From Malacoraja senta (taxonomy: Eukaryota), in assembly GCA_038087875.1 (NCBI GenBank), contig JAXLNO010004041.1, forward strand, positions 1 through 64,000: a DNA stretch of 64,000 bases, given 5' to 3'. The notes under the pieces were generated by a model that did not search any database, was not told the DNA's origin, and saw only the letters and a program-made list of their open reading frames with translations. Shown here in pieces: positions 10,961 through 24,000 of the stretch (position 1 is its first letter; the number at the start of each line of letters is the position of its first letter). A program made the translations under genes and the position numbers.

Positions 10961-11719
10961 TACAGTTGCATGCTATCCAATTGGATGAGATAACAACATA
11001 CATACATATGATCAAGTCAACTCAAGTACTGTAGGTAGAGCAAAGTGGAAGGTACAGAGTGTGGCATATAGTTCTCAGCAATGTAGCACACCAGTTCCAT
11101 TAGATAAGGGTTTCGACACGAAACGTGACACATTCCTTCTCTCCAGAGATGCTGCCTGACCCGTTGAGTTACTCTAGCATTTTGTGTCTATCTGCGGTTT
11201 AAACCAGCATCTACAGTTCCTTCCTACATAGTTCTATAAACAAAGTCCACTGTCTGTAATGGGGTAGTGGTCAATTGGACAGTACCCTAGCTTATGGAAC
11301 ACTCATTCAGAAGCCTGATTTTCTCCTCGGTTATCAAGTTTCCGAGTAAGCCATTTGGTCCTCTAACCTGCCCACCATTCAATATGACCATGGCTGACGT
11401 TCCTCAGGCATCAACTCCTGTTCGGTGCCAGTTCCTCATTGCATTCGATTCTCCAATCTTTCAAAAATTTAACTACCGCCACATTAAATACTTCAAATGA
11501 TTTTGTCTTCACAAATCTCTGGGGTCAAGAGCGCCAGAGAATGACCACACTCTGCAAAAAGAGATTTTGTAAACAAATGACTGGTCTCTTTTATCTCTTA
11601 TTGAAGAGGAGTGAAAATACTGCCAATTTTAAGCTTGTCCCTCCCCAATTGGCCCTCATTTCGTAACTTGTCAATTATTTATTATTGTCAATAATATGCC
11701 CTAGTGAAAAGATTTGCCG

Positions 11720-12060
11720 TTGGTATTAGTTTATTATTGTCACGTGAACTGAGATATAGTCAAAGGTTTATCTGTGTGTTATCCAATCAGATCATACTAC
11801 ACATGTGCAATCAAGCCATCCACAAGTAGAACAGTGCAAAGAGAAAACTACTCAGAGTGCAGAATATCGGGTTACAATATCATAGCATTACAGTTACAGA
11901 GAAAGTGCAGATCAAAAAGAGTTGCAAGGTTCACAATGAGATTGGTTGGAAGATCAGGGCAACATCTTATCTTACATGAGAACCATTCAGTAGTCCAATA
12001 ACAGTAGGGAAGAAGCTGTTCCTGAATTTAATGGTACGTACTGCAAAAGCTGTTCCTGAA
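11720..12060 (-). mobile_element. Rex1/Babar-like LINE 3' portion, interrupted by the CR1 at 12064
   Basis: GTGACAATAATAAAC-type 3' end on -. AAGAAGCTGTTCCTGAAT...GTAC resumes as GTACTTTCAAAC after the CR1 tail at 13933. Confidence 0.6.
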
Positions 12061-12063
12061 TTT

Positions 12064-13932
12064 AAAAACTGACTGCAAAAGTTTTTATAGATATGTGAAG
12101 AGAAAGAGATTAGTTAAAACAAATGTAGGTCCCTTGCATTCAGAAACAGGTGAATTGATCATGGGGAACAAGGATATGGCGGACCAATTGAATAACTACT
12201 TTGGTTCCGTCTTCACTAAGGAAGACATAAATAATCTGCCGGAAATAGCAGGGGGCCGCGGGTCAAAGGAGATGGAGGAACTGAGTGAAATCCAGGTTAG
12301 TCGGGAAGTGGTGTTGGGTAAATTGAATGGATTAAAGGCCGATAAATCACCAGGGCCAGATAGGCTGCATCCCAGAGTACTTAAGGAAGTAGCTCCAGAA
12401 ATAGTGGATGCATTAGTGATAATTTTTCAAACCTCTTTAGATTCTGGAGTAGTTCCTGAGGATTGGAGGGTAGCAAACGTAACCCCACTTTTTAAGAAGG
12501 GAGGGAGAGAGAAAACGGGGAATTACAGACCAGTTAGTCTAACATCGGTAGTGGGGAAACTGTTAGAGTCAGTTATTAAATATGGGATAGCAGCACATTT
12601 GGAAAGTGGTGAAATCATTGGACAAAGTCAGCATGGATTTACGAAAGGTAAATCGTGTCTGACGAATCTTATAGAATTTTTCAAGGATGTAACTAGTAGA
12701 GTGGATAGGGGAGAACCAGTGGATGTGTTGTATCTGGACTTTCAGAAGGCATTCGACAAGGTACCACATAAGAGATTAGGATACAAACTTAAATCACACG
12801 GTATTGGGGGTTCAGTATTGATGTGGATAGAGAACTGGCTGGCAAACAGGAAGCAAAGAGTAGGAGTAAACGGGTCCTTTTCACAATGGCAGGCAGTGAC
12901 TAGTGGGGTACCGCAAGGCTCAGTGCTGGGACCCCAGCTATTTACAATTTATATTAATGATCTGGACGAGGGAATTGAAAGCAACATCTCCAAGTTTGCG
13001 GATGACACTAAGCTGGGGGGCAGTGTTAGCTGTGAGGAGGATGCTAAGAGACTGCAAGGTGACTTGGATAGGCTGGGTGAGTGGGCAAATGTTTGGCAGA
13101 TGCAGTATAATGTGGATAAATGTGAGGTTATCCACTTTGGTGGCAAAAACGGGAAGGCAGACTATTATCTAAATGGTGGCCGATTAGGAAATGGGGAGAT
13201 GCAGCGAGACCTGGGTGTCATGGTACACCAGTCATTGAAAGTAGGCATGCAGGTGCAGCAGGCAGTGAAGAAAGCGAATGGTATGTTGGCCTTCATAGCA
13301 AGAGGATTTGAGTATAGGAGCAGGGAGGTTCTACTGCAGTTGTACAGGGTCTTGGTGAGACCACACGTGGAGTATTGCGTACAGTTTTGGTCTCCAAATC
13401 TGAGGAAGGACATTATAGCCATAGAGGGAGTGCAGAGATGGTTCACCAGACTGATTCCTGGGATGTCAGGACTTTCATATGAAGAAAGACTGGATAGACT
13501 TGGCTTATACTCGCTAGAATTTAGGAGATTGAGAGGGGATCTTATAGAAACGTACAACATTCTTATGGGGTTGGACAGGCTAGATGCAGGAAGATTGTTC
13601 CCGATGTTGGGGAAGTCCAGGACAAGGGGTCACAGCTTAAGGATAAGGGGGAAATCCTTTAAGACCGAGATGAGGAAAAACTTTTTCACACAGAGAGTGG
13701 TGACTCTCTGGAACTCTCTGCCACAGAGGGTAGTTGAGGCCAGTTCATTGGCTATATTTAAGAGGGAGTTAGATGTGGCCCTTGTGGCTAAAGGGATCAG
13801 GGGGTATGGAGATAAGGCAGGCATAGGATACCGAGTTGGATGATCAGCCATGATCGTATTAAATGGCGGTGCAGGCTCGAAGGGCCGAATGGCCTACTCC
13901 TGCACCTATTTTCTATGTTTCTATGTTTCTAT
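12064..13932 (+). mobile_element. Young 5'-truncated CR1-clade LINE (HER1-like) with uninterrupted RT (ORF 12095-13843)
   Basis: Motifs KSPGPD, NYRPVSLTS, LDFQKAFDKV, GVPQGSVLGP, KFADDTK. (ATGTTTCT)n tail at ~13914-13932. No endonuclease domain because of the truncation. Confidence 0.96.
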
Positions 13933-14137
13933 GTACTTTCAAACTTTCTTGTGTACTGTCTTAACAGGGAGGGTACGGTCCCTTTTAAAGCACGTGGTTG
14001 GTTGATGGGACGAAAGAGACAAAATGGGGCAGATGTGGACAGTAACTTGGTTGTTGTAGTAGACTGAAGAATATTTTGTGGTGGGTGACTGTGCAAGTTT
14101 TACTGAAGGTGAAAATAACCATCTTACTGTCTTGTAA

Positions 14138-14404
14138 TTTCCCCTGAGGTATCTGTCGCTGCCCGCCCTGATGATCATTCAGTCCTGTACTGCACTGTGT
14201 TTGGATTTTACCCACCGGCCATCAATGTCAGCTGGTTGCAGAATGGTCAACATGTCTCTGAGACCAAATCTTCTGGGGTCATACCCAACAACGATGGAAC
14301 ATATCATCTAAAGTCTGTCCTTGGGTATGATCTGTATGATGGGAAACAGTATTCCTGTCATGTCGATCACAGCAGCCTGCCCGCTGGGAAGACCATCATC
14401 TGGG
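14138..14404 (+). pseudogene. MHC class I-like alpha3 (C1-set Ig) exon; splice acceptor reads AA
   Basis: (V)SPEVSVAARPDDHSVLYCTVFGFYPPAINVSWLQNGQHVSETKSSGVIPNNDGTYHLKSVLGYDLYDGKQYSCHVDHSSLPAGKTIIW has the C-x3-FYP, W, PNxDGTY and YSCxVxH motifs. 267 bp, phase 1-1, donor G|GTAAGA at 14405. The expected acceptor reads TTGTAA|TT. Coding frame is intact. Confidence 0.85.
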
Positions 14405-14749
14405 GTAAGAACATTAAATATTCATTCATAGATAATCATTATCTTCTGTTGTATCCATTTTAATCATTGTGACTACATCCCATATTCCAAGATGCTTAAA
14501 CTTTCTTTGTATAGTGGTGTTGCTCTAAGTAATCACGTAATCAGCACCCACTCTCCACATGAGCAGAAGACTTTGTCAACAGAAAATTTATCAAAAGTAA
14601 ATAAATAACTAATATACAAGGAAGGAGTATTTGACATTCTCAGTGGTGGAACTGAAATCCATGAAAGGTATGTTTAAATAAAAAATGAATCTTTCCTCAT
14701 GATGTGATTAACAGCAAGGCACTGGGGGAGTACATGCCCCAATCCAAAT

Positions 14750-15420
14750 CAATGGTCCGAAGCGGAAATGATTGAGGGCTTCATGTTCCTTGGCATGAAT
14801 GTATCCAATATTCGGTCATGGACTGGCCACATAGCCAAGGAGGCACACCAACACCTCTACTTCCTCCGGAGACTGAGAATATTCATCATGTCTCTGGTGA
14901 CTCTAGCAAACATCTATAGATGCTGCTAGAGAAAGCATGTTTGTTGGGTTGCATCACATCTTGATTTGGGAACTGCACTGCCCAAGACTGCAAGAATATA
15001 CAAAGAGTTAAAGATCATCACACAGCCCAGACTTCCCACTATTGATTCAGACTACACCAGGTTGCCTTCGAAAACGAGACTTATCCCACCCCGGTCATTC
15101 CTCCTTCCTGCTCCCATCAGGCAATAGGTACAGAAAGTTGAAAGTATACACTGCCAGACTCAGGAACACCCCCTTTCCATCTGTTAACAGGCTTCGGAAG
15201 GGTCCTTCCATAATGTAGGTTCAATGCCCGATTCACCTCAACCTCATTGCACATTGTCTATGGAACTGATGCGTTACAATGCTGAGAACGATATTCTGTA
15301 CTCTGTATCCTCCTCTTTGCTCTATCTATTGTTTTTGAGTTTGTATTTATGTATAGTTTTATAATTTGTTTGGATAGCATACAAAACAAACATTTGCTCT
15401 GTATTTTGAAACATCTGGCA
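14750..15420 (+). mobile_element. Rex1/Babar-like LINE RT C-terminus and 3' end, decayed
   Basis: Remnant of AHQHLYFLRRLR...GCITSW-FGNC followed by an AATAAAAC tail. Confidence 0.7.
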
Positions 15421-17085
15421 TTAATAAAACAAAACCTAATGAAATAAGTTCCCTGACGCAAGTTACAGATTCAGCAACGAAAAATGCAACTGCCTGACAA
15501 ACAGCGATCGTAGTAGTTTGATTCCAAGTATGCTGCACTAACCTACACAAATGCTCACTTTTGAAGATTCCCTCGAACAATGCACAACTAAGGAATCTGA
15601 TGTTTCACTCTGAAGACTGTTGACATACTCCAGAACTTAATTTCCAACCTATCTATGTATCATCAGCAATCTAGGCTACAGCGCCATCAGTCCCTTCATC
15701 TGCTCTTAATACCAACCATAAGTAGTTCACTTTCTTGCATTGATTCCCAACCTGCAGTTGCAGTTTCCCAACCTGAACACTCCTTTAAGACAACTCTCTG
15801 CTTGCTCAAAATTGTTTTTTCCATTCATGCTAATTATTACCCCCAATGTCATAAGCCTTTGCATCACTTGATTGATATCTTATGAAAATCCAGATATTGT
15901 GCGACATCTGGTAGTCAGGCCACTTATTGCTAGAACCCTCGTCAGGGGAGCTGGGACTATCACATGACAGGGTTTTGGTGGGAGTTGGTGATGAATCAGT
16001 CGCCAGTCAACTGGTGTGCCCGATAACAACGGCAGGAACTTTGCTCAAGTCCTTACTAAACATGAGTGTGCCAAAACTGTATTTCTTTAAAAAAAACATT
16101 GATTTGTTCACGACGTTTGGATCTCTACAATATATTGTATTTCTTTCGTTTCTCATTCCAATTTTGTTACCTATTCTGCTTTTCCATCATTTTGTTTTTT
16201 GAATTTTAGACTGTGCACACCTGCTGCTCGAATATACATTGTCTACGGGTTCCTGTTGCATTTTCAAAGAAATCTAATCAATTTCTCAAACAAAGTTTGA
16301 AGAAGGGTCCCAAAACGAAACGTCACCTGTCCATGTGTAAGAAGAAACTGCAAATGCTGGTTTACAGCGAAGATGGACACAAATTACTGGAATAACTCAG
16401 CTGGTCAGCCAGCATCTCTGGAGAAATGGAATAGGTGATGAATCCATGTTCGCCAGAGATGCTTCCTATTCTGCTGCGTTACTCCAGCATTTTGTGTCTA
16501 TTATGTATATTCTTTCCACTGACTTGTTAGCACGTAACAAAAGCTTTTCACTGTACCTCAATACATGTGACAATAAACTAAACTAAAGCTTTTGTGTAAA
16601 TCAGTATCTGCATCTCTTTCTTTCTACAATTTTCCTGTTAATGCCCTGATAATGCACTTTATTGTTTTGTTATTACTTAAATGTTCTGCCATTATTGAAA
16701 GGAATCCAGCATTTTCCCCAAAACAAATGTTAGTTTATATAGGGTTAAAGCTTTCTGCTTTCAATTCACCTTCTTTCTTGAATTAAGTTGCGGCTGTGAT
16801 GGTGCCATAGATCATAGAGTTGTACAGAACATATATTGTCCCTTTGCCATGCTGCAGAACTCCGTGATTCAAAACAACATATCATCTTATATACCTTGAA
16901 AAGTGCCAAAGATAGACACAAAATGCTGGAGTAACTCAGCGGTCAGGTAACATCTCTTGAGAAAAGGAATAGGTTGCATTTCGGGTCGAGACCCTTCTTC
17001 ACTCTGAAGTCTTCAGACAGTGCCAATCTATTTAGCTGCACAGCTTAACAATTGATTTGTAAAATTATGCATTCTTATTTTTCAG

Positions 17086-17193
17086 AAGGAAATAGGAAGA
17101 AAGACAGGCACATAGGCCTTATTGCCGTGTGTGTGCTGATATTGCTGGCTATTGTCTTGGCAGTAATTGTTTGGTGGAGAAAAAAGAGGAGAG
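17086..17193 (+). CDS. Connecting peptide / transmembrane exon of the MHC class I-like gene
   Basis: TTATTTTTCAG acceptor and G|GTAAGA donor, 108 bp, phase 1-1, in frame with the alpha3 exon: EGNRKKDRHIGLIAVCVLILLAIVLAVIVWWRKKRR. A hydrophobic span is followed by a basic stop-transfer; no class II GxxG pattern. Confidence 0.85.
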
Positions 17194-17444
17194 GTAAGAT
17201 GGAAAAATTGTGATGCACTGTTGCTAGTAAAGGTATTGGGCTTGAAGAAATGATCAATCTCAAGTAGGATAAGGCAGCAGCTACACATGAAATGCCTCGA
17301 CAGTCACCACTGTCAACTAGCCTTTGTGCTGTTGTTAAATGTTTCTGATAATCAGATATTTAAAAATTGTGAATTCCGTGTAAAAAAATGTTATACATTA
17401 TGGATTAACTGCCCCAAATCCTAGAAATATCAATGAGTCATTAA

Positions 17445-18140
17445 AAAGTACAGCATGCAAGCAGTCCTTTCGGCCCACCGTGTCCATGCCAACCACCAAC
17501 CACGTATTCTCATGAATTCTATCTCATTGCACCTTCTCATCCAGTCACCCACCCACTAGGGGCAATTTACAGTGGCCAATTAAACTATAAACTGACACAT
17601 CTTAGGATGTGTGAGGAAACCGGATCCCCTGGAGGGATCCAATGCGGTTACACGGAGAACGTGCAAACTCCACATAGATGGCACTCAAGGTCAAAATTGA
17701 ACCCGGGTCTGTGTCGCTGTGAGGCAGCAGCTCTACGAGTTGTGACACTGTGCTGCTCTGTTGGGGGCTCCCACTGCTCATAATCCAAGTCAGCTATGAG
17801 GCAGATTGGTTGCAGTTTAACGTTTACTGGTTTTGTTTTAGTTTAATTTAGAGATACAGTGACGAAACAGGTCCTTCGGCCCAACGAGTCTGCGCAGACC
17901 AGCGATCCCCGCACATTAACACTATCCTATACACGCACACCAAGCCAATTAACCTACATACCTGTACGTCTTTGGAGTGTGGGAGGAAACCTTAGATCTC
18001 GGAGAAAACCCACGCGGTCACGGGGAGAACGTACAAACTCTGTACAGACAGCATCAGTAGTCGGGATCGAACCCGGTCTCCGGTGCTGCAAGCACTGTAA
18101 GGCAGCAACTCTACCGCTGCACACAGTAGCTGCCACCAAG
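17445..18140 (-). mobile_element. Two adjacent HE1/V-SINE-like SINEs (~17445-17760 and ~17835-18140)
   Basis: Both carry the SINE core, tRNA-like head (GGATCGAACCCGG) and TTTAG-type tail. Confidence 0.85.
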
Positions 18141-19029
18141 GCCGCTGTTGCTGGAAAACTCCAAATTAAGTGGGAATGTGAGAAGTGGGAGAAATGGTTC
18201 AAGGTGGAAAGCCGAATGAATGAGCAACAACATGACAGGTGGACTACAATGTGAAACAGGACAGCACAGAGACAGAGACCTGAATTAAATACCGACATCG
18301 GCTGTTGTATCTGTAGAGTTTGCATGTTGTTCCTGTGACCATGTGGGTTTCCCCAGGTGCTCTGGTTTCCTCCCACATCCCCAAAACATTGTTTGGTAGG
18401 TTAGTTGTCCCCTAGATTGTGCATGATACAATGTGGGGAGAGCTGATGAGAATGTGGGACAACTATAGGATTAGTGTACATGAATGGTTGGTGCAGGTCA
18501 GTGGGACAAAGGCCATGTTTGTATGCTGCATATTTCCATGACTCTATATGATGTAGAAAGATGTTGACTATTTTTGATTTATAAGATTGGGAAAGACTGT
18601 GAGGGACAGTGCTATAGTAACTCAGCAGGTCAGGCAACATCCCTGGAGACCATGGATAGGTGACAATCTGGTTCGAGACTCTCCAGGCAAATTACAATGG
18701 GTATTCCTCCGCTTAAGTCTGACAGTAGTGTACAGATGCACCTCAACCACTGACTTGCTCAACAAGTGCTTAAATTAGTTGACTTAAAGTATGTTTGGAG
18801 TAACATGCAGCAGTCCTTAAAATCTACCATTTCCCAAATCCCAAGAGAGCTGGATGATCAGGGTTTTAGTGTAATCTATATCACTGGTTTCTTGCCTGTG
18901 ATCACACTGTTGTAAGATATATTCTGGTGATGAATTGCAGTTCACTTTCCTCCTGTGTAATGGAGTTATTGTGTTGAATATAACAAGTGGAAGGGAAAGT
19001 CAGTGTAGGATTTAGAGTTTGTACATAAT

Positions 19030-19500
19030 GCAGCATGGTAGTGCAGCTGGTAATACTGCTGTCTCACAACGTCAGAGACCCAGGTTCAATCTGGACCTCG
19101 GGTACTGTCTACGTGGAGTTTGCACGTTCTCCTTGTGACTATGTTGGCTTCCTCAGGGAGCTCCGGTTTCCTCCCATATCCCAAAGATGAGCAGGTGTGC
19201 AGGTAATCATCCTCGGTAAGTCACCCTGATAGTGTAGGGGTGGATGGGAAATCTATTATGAATGGGTGATTGCTGGTTAGTATGGATTTGGTGGCACAAA
19301 TGGCCTGTTTACACACTGTATCACTGTTTTCAAGAGAGAGTTAGATTTAGCTCTTAGGGCTAAGGGAGTCAAGGGATATGGGGAAAAAGCCAGATCGGAG
19401 TATTAATTTTGGATGATCAGCCATGATTGTATTGAATGGCGGTGCTGGCTCAAAGGGCCGAATAGCCTATTCCGGCACCTATTTTTTATGTTTCTATCTT
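19030..19500 (+). mobile_element. SINE (~19030-19325) followed by a CR1 3' end (~19325-19500)
   Basis: tRNA-like head GGTAGTGCAGCTGG...GGTTCAATC, then GATGATCAGCCATGA...ATGTTTCT. Confidence 0.8.
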
Positions 19501-21073
19501 TCTATTAAATAAACTAAATTGGAAGACAGGAGGTATTGACTGATGCATCTTCACGCCAGCTGTAAATGTCATAAACTGTGAGAATTGATTGCAAATTTTA
19601 TACAATGTTATAAACTAAACTGGGTGATCAAAATGACAGGATGGATGAAGAGCAGAGTTTTCATTGAAATAACAGACGTGCAGCTTTCTCGAGCACTTGG
19701 CCTTGGTTGTGTATAATTTCCTCTTCAAAATACAATGTTCCCAGGCATTGCTGGTCTGAGACACCATTCAGCAAGTATATTTCCTGAAATTGAGATTCTG
19801 CTTTCATGGTATCAAGATGTCTAACATCTCCAGCACCCAGATCAGAACCTTGCCAAAACTAAGAATGCAGCAACAATTTAGTCATTGAACATCAACGACA
19901 TGCATATTTGAACTGAGGCAATGGTTAGCTTATTATCACTGTAAACCAGTCATGGTCATGGGTCTGCCATCGTGGTCACTATTAGTGCGGGTGATTAACT
20001 ATCATTTAGCAGTGAAACGGAAAAGAATTGGCTTTTCAAGCCCATGGAGCCATAGTGTCATACGGCATGGAAATGGGCCCTTTGCCTCAACTTGGCCATG
20101 CCAACCAAGATGCCATGTTTAAACTACAATTTTCCTGCAATTGACCCATATCTCACTGAACCTTTCCTATCTACAGTATGTACCTGTCCAAGTGTGTTCT
20201 AAATGTTTTTTAATACCTGCCTCAACTCCTTCCCCTGGAATGTTCTTCCATATTTCCACTTCCTCTGGTTCCGAGTAACTCGTTTCCTTCTCACCTTAAA
20301 CCTAAGTCCTCTGGTTCTTGATTACATAAGGCTGGTTAAAAGATTCTGTGCAATCAATCTATCTATGCTCCTTGATTTTATAAACTTCTATAAGATCACC
20401 CCTCAGCCTCTTGCGTGCCAAGGACTAAAGTCCAAGCATTGTCATCCTCTCCCTGAATCGCAGGCCCTGTTAATGACATCCTTCCGATAGTGGAGTGACC
20501 AAAACTTAACACAATACTCCAAATGTGGCCTCACCAACATTTTGTACAACTGTAGCAGAACATCCCAACTTTTTTATTCAGTACCTTTCTTTTACAATTT
20601 TTTTATTGTTTTTTTTCCAAAAAACAAAAACTAAAATAAAACATAAAAAACAGAGCAAAAAGAATAATGATAAACATAACAATGGTATTGATACATAGGG
20701 ATCAGGATTAAACACATTAATAACAGGTATAAACTAATATGAGACCAGTGTCAAAATACACAATGAATTTAGACCTCTCGGTCTCTATGTAAATATAGTT
20801 AAATCTTTAAAAGGAAACATAAATGTAAAAAAAAGGAAAGATAAAAAGACAAAAAGTAAAAGAAAAAACAAAACCCCCCTAAACTAAAAAAAAGTTTTTA
20901 AAAATTGATAATAATAAAATAAGAATAAAAATAAAATAAATAAATAAAACAAACAAAACAGAGCAAAACCGAATCTGAACTGAGAAATTCAACAATTTAA
21001 GTCTGTTTGTCGTCAAGTCCGTTCCACCCTATGAAGGTAAAATAATTTTTATAACGGTTAAAGAGGGATCAAT

Positions 21074-24000
21074 TTATGTTGTCTGAAAGTGTTCAATGAA
21101 TTTTCCCCAAGTCTTATCAAATTTAACCAAGGGTTCAACAATGTCACCTGATTTTTTCTAAATTTAAACATGATATCGTTTCAGAATACCACTGGAGTGT
21201 GGTCGGAGGGTTGGAATCTTTCCATTTAAAGAAAATAAATCTTCTGGCAATTTATGTGATAAAAGCAATCAACCGATGGGCGGAGTGGGACAAATGAATA
21301 GAATCTAACATTGGTAACCCAAAAATTGCAGTAATAGGATGAGGTTGTAAATCTATACCTAAGACTACCGAAATAGTATCAACAATTTCTTTCCAATATT
21401 TTTCCAAAAGAGGGCAGGACCAAAACATATGGGTCAGTGATGCCACTTCAGAGTTACATCTGTCACAGGTAGGATTTATATGACCAGAAAAACGAGCTAA
21501 CTTATCTTTTGACATATGAGCTCTGTGGACCACCTCAAATTGTATCAAAGCGTGTCTTGCACACATTGAAGAGGTATTAACTAATTGAAGGATCCTCTCC
21601 CATTTCTCTATAAAGAAATTTGGAGTTCTCATTCCCAGTCATTCTTAATTCTATCAAATGTATCTATTTGTAATTTTAAAATCAACTCATGAATAGTCGT
21701 TATTAATCCTTTCTGATAAGGGTTCAACTGTAAAAAAAAATCCCAGATTTCGGGTTGATGTGGTAGCGGAAAAAGGAGTAGTTCCTTTTGTCTAATTTGT
21801 AAATATCAAAAAAAATGTGAAGTAGGTAAGTTATATTTATTGGAGAGTTCGAAAGACATAAAACAACCCTCCAAAATCAAATCACGAAAAGCTACTAATC
21901 CCTTCCTCTTCCATAACAAAAAAACTTGATCAGTACTAGATGGTTGGAAGAGAAATTTGGATAAAATCAGATAGTCCAAAAAACTTACGAAATTGAAACC
22001 GTATTCGGAACGTATGTCTTATTATTGGGTTAGTCATATATTTATTCAATCTCATAATTGTAAAAGGTAACGAGGTCCCTAGAATAGAAGCCAATTATAG
22101 CCCTTGTAAGGAATCACGTTCTAGGTTTATCCATCCAGGGCATTAGGTATCTTCTAAATCTTTTGTCCAAAATGTTAAATAACGAACATTGACTGCCCAA
22201 TAGTAGAGTCTAAGGTTCGGCAATGCCAAACCACGAACTTTTTTTTTCATTTCTGTAGGTATTTCTTACCTAGTCTGGGATTTTTATTCTGCCATATATA
22301 TGAAGAAATTTTAGAGTCTATAATATCAAAGAACGATTTGGAAATAAAAATTGGTATCGTCTGAAATATATACAGAAATTTAGGTAAAATGAACATTTTA
22401 ATAGCATTGATTCGGCCAATTAAGGATAAGGACTTTGGTGACCATTTAATAATAATAATAATATATTTTATTTATGCAGTGCTTTTCAGGACTCAAAGTC
22501 GCTTTACATTGAGAGTCAGGAATAAACAAAACAAAATAGAGCAGTAAGACAGAGATGCAAAGGGGAGGGGAACATGGGACTAAGGGTATGCAGAGATGAA
22601 GAGATGGGTCTTGAGGCGGGACTGGAAGATGGTGAGGGACTCAGAATTTCGGACCAGTTGTGGGAGGGAATTCCAGAGCCTGGGAGCTGCCCTGGAGAAG
22701 GCTCTGCTTCCAAAAGTGCAGAGGTTTGATTTCGGAGTGGAGAGATGACTATCTGATGTGGATCTGAGGGACCGTGAGGGTTGGTAGGGGGAGAGGAGGT
22801 CAGTGAGATAAGGGGGGGGGGGCAAGTTGTTGAGGGCTTTGTAGGTGAGGACCAGGATTTTGTAGATGATCCGGTGGGAAATGGGAAGCCAGTGAAGTTC
22901 TTTGAGAACTGGGGTGATGTGGTGCCAGGATTTGGTGTGGGTAATGAGTCGAGCGGCTGCATTCTGGACCAGTTGGAGTCGGTTGATGCTGCTGGAATTG
23001 ATTCCAAAGAGAAGTGAGTTACAGTGGTCCAGTCGGGAGGAGATGAAGGCATGGATGAGTCTTTCAACAGCGGGGGTGTGTGAGAGAGGATCTGCTTTTG
23101 GCAATGTTGAGGAGGTGAAAAAATGATGTTTTGACAACATGGCGAATGTGAGGCTCAAGGGAGAGGGTTGAGTCAAAGATCACGCCAAGGTTGCGGGCCT
23201 GAGGAGATGGGGAGACAATGGTGCCGTCAATAATGAGAGTGGGGTTGTTAATTTTAGTGAGTGTTGATTTGGAGCCAATGAGGAGAAATTCTGTTTTGTT
23301 ACAGGATGTTATGGTTGACGGTATCGAAGGCTGCACTCAGGTCGAGGATGAGGATATTGAGGGAGCCAGTGTCAGCAGAGGTAAGGAGGTCATTGAGGGC
23401 TTTCAGGAGAGCAGTTTCTGTGCTATGGAGGGGACGAAAGCCAGATTGGAGGGGTTCGAATTGGTTATACGCGAGGAGGTGGGAATGAAGTTGTGACGCG
23501 ACGATACGCTCCAGGGTTTTTGAAAGATAGAGGAGGTTTGAGATAGGGCGTTAGTTAATGAGAGAGGAGGGATCAAGACCAGGTTTCTTTAAGATTGGTG
23601 TGACAGCAGCAGTTTTGAAAGCAGAGGGGACAATTCTTTGGGACAATGAGGAGTTGAAAAGATTAGTGAGGTAGGGGCAGAGAGCAGGGAGGCAGGACTT
23701 CAGCAGGGGGGTGGGGAGAGGGTTCAGAGAGCAGGCAGTGGGTTTGGAAGAGCTGATGAGTTTGGAGATATCAGTAGGGGTGACCGGGTCAAACTGGAAG
23801 AGGAAGCAGTGAACCGATTTAGTGAACTGATGTTTAATATGGTCAATTAAAGGAATAAAATTAGCTTTAAATAAATCCTTGTGTTTCTTGGTGATCTTAA
23901 TACCTAAATAAGTAAAACTTTCTGTAGTCCATCTAAATGTAAACTGTCCATAACTCGAAACAAAATTATTTAATGGGGAAGCTCACCCTTACTAAGATTT

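Noticed and set aside
14138-17193. Alternative assignment as MHC class II beta or W-category chain
   Set aside because: The TM lacks the Gly pattern of class II-type chains and the Ig domain has PNNDGTY rather than NGDW. Not formally excluded without a phylogeny.
18680-18720. CTCTCCAG|GCAAATTAC... as a possible cytoplasmic exon
   Set aside because: The apparent acceptor is part of a degenerate hammerhead-unit repeat, and the plausible-looking peptide is in the wrong phase.
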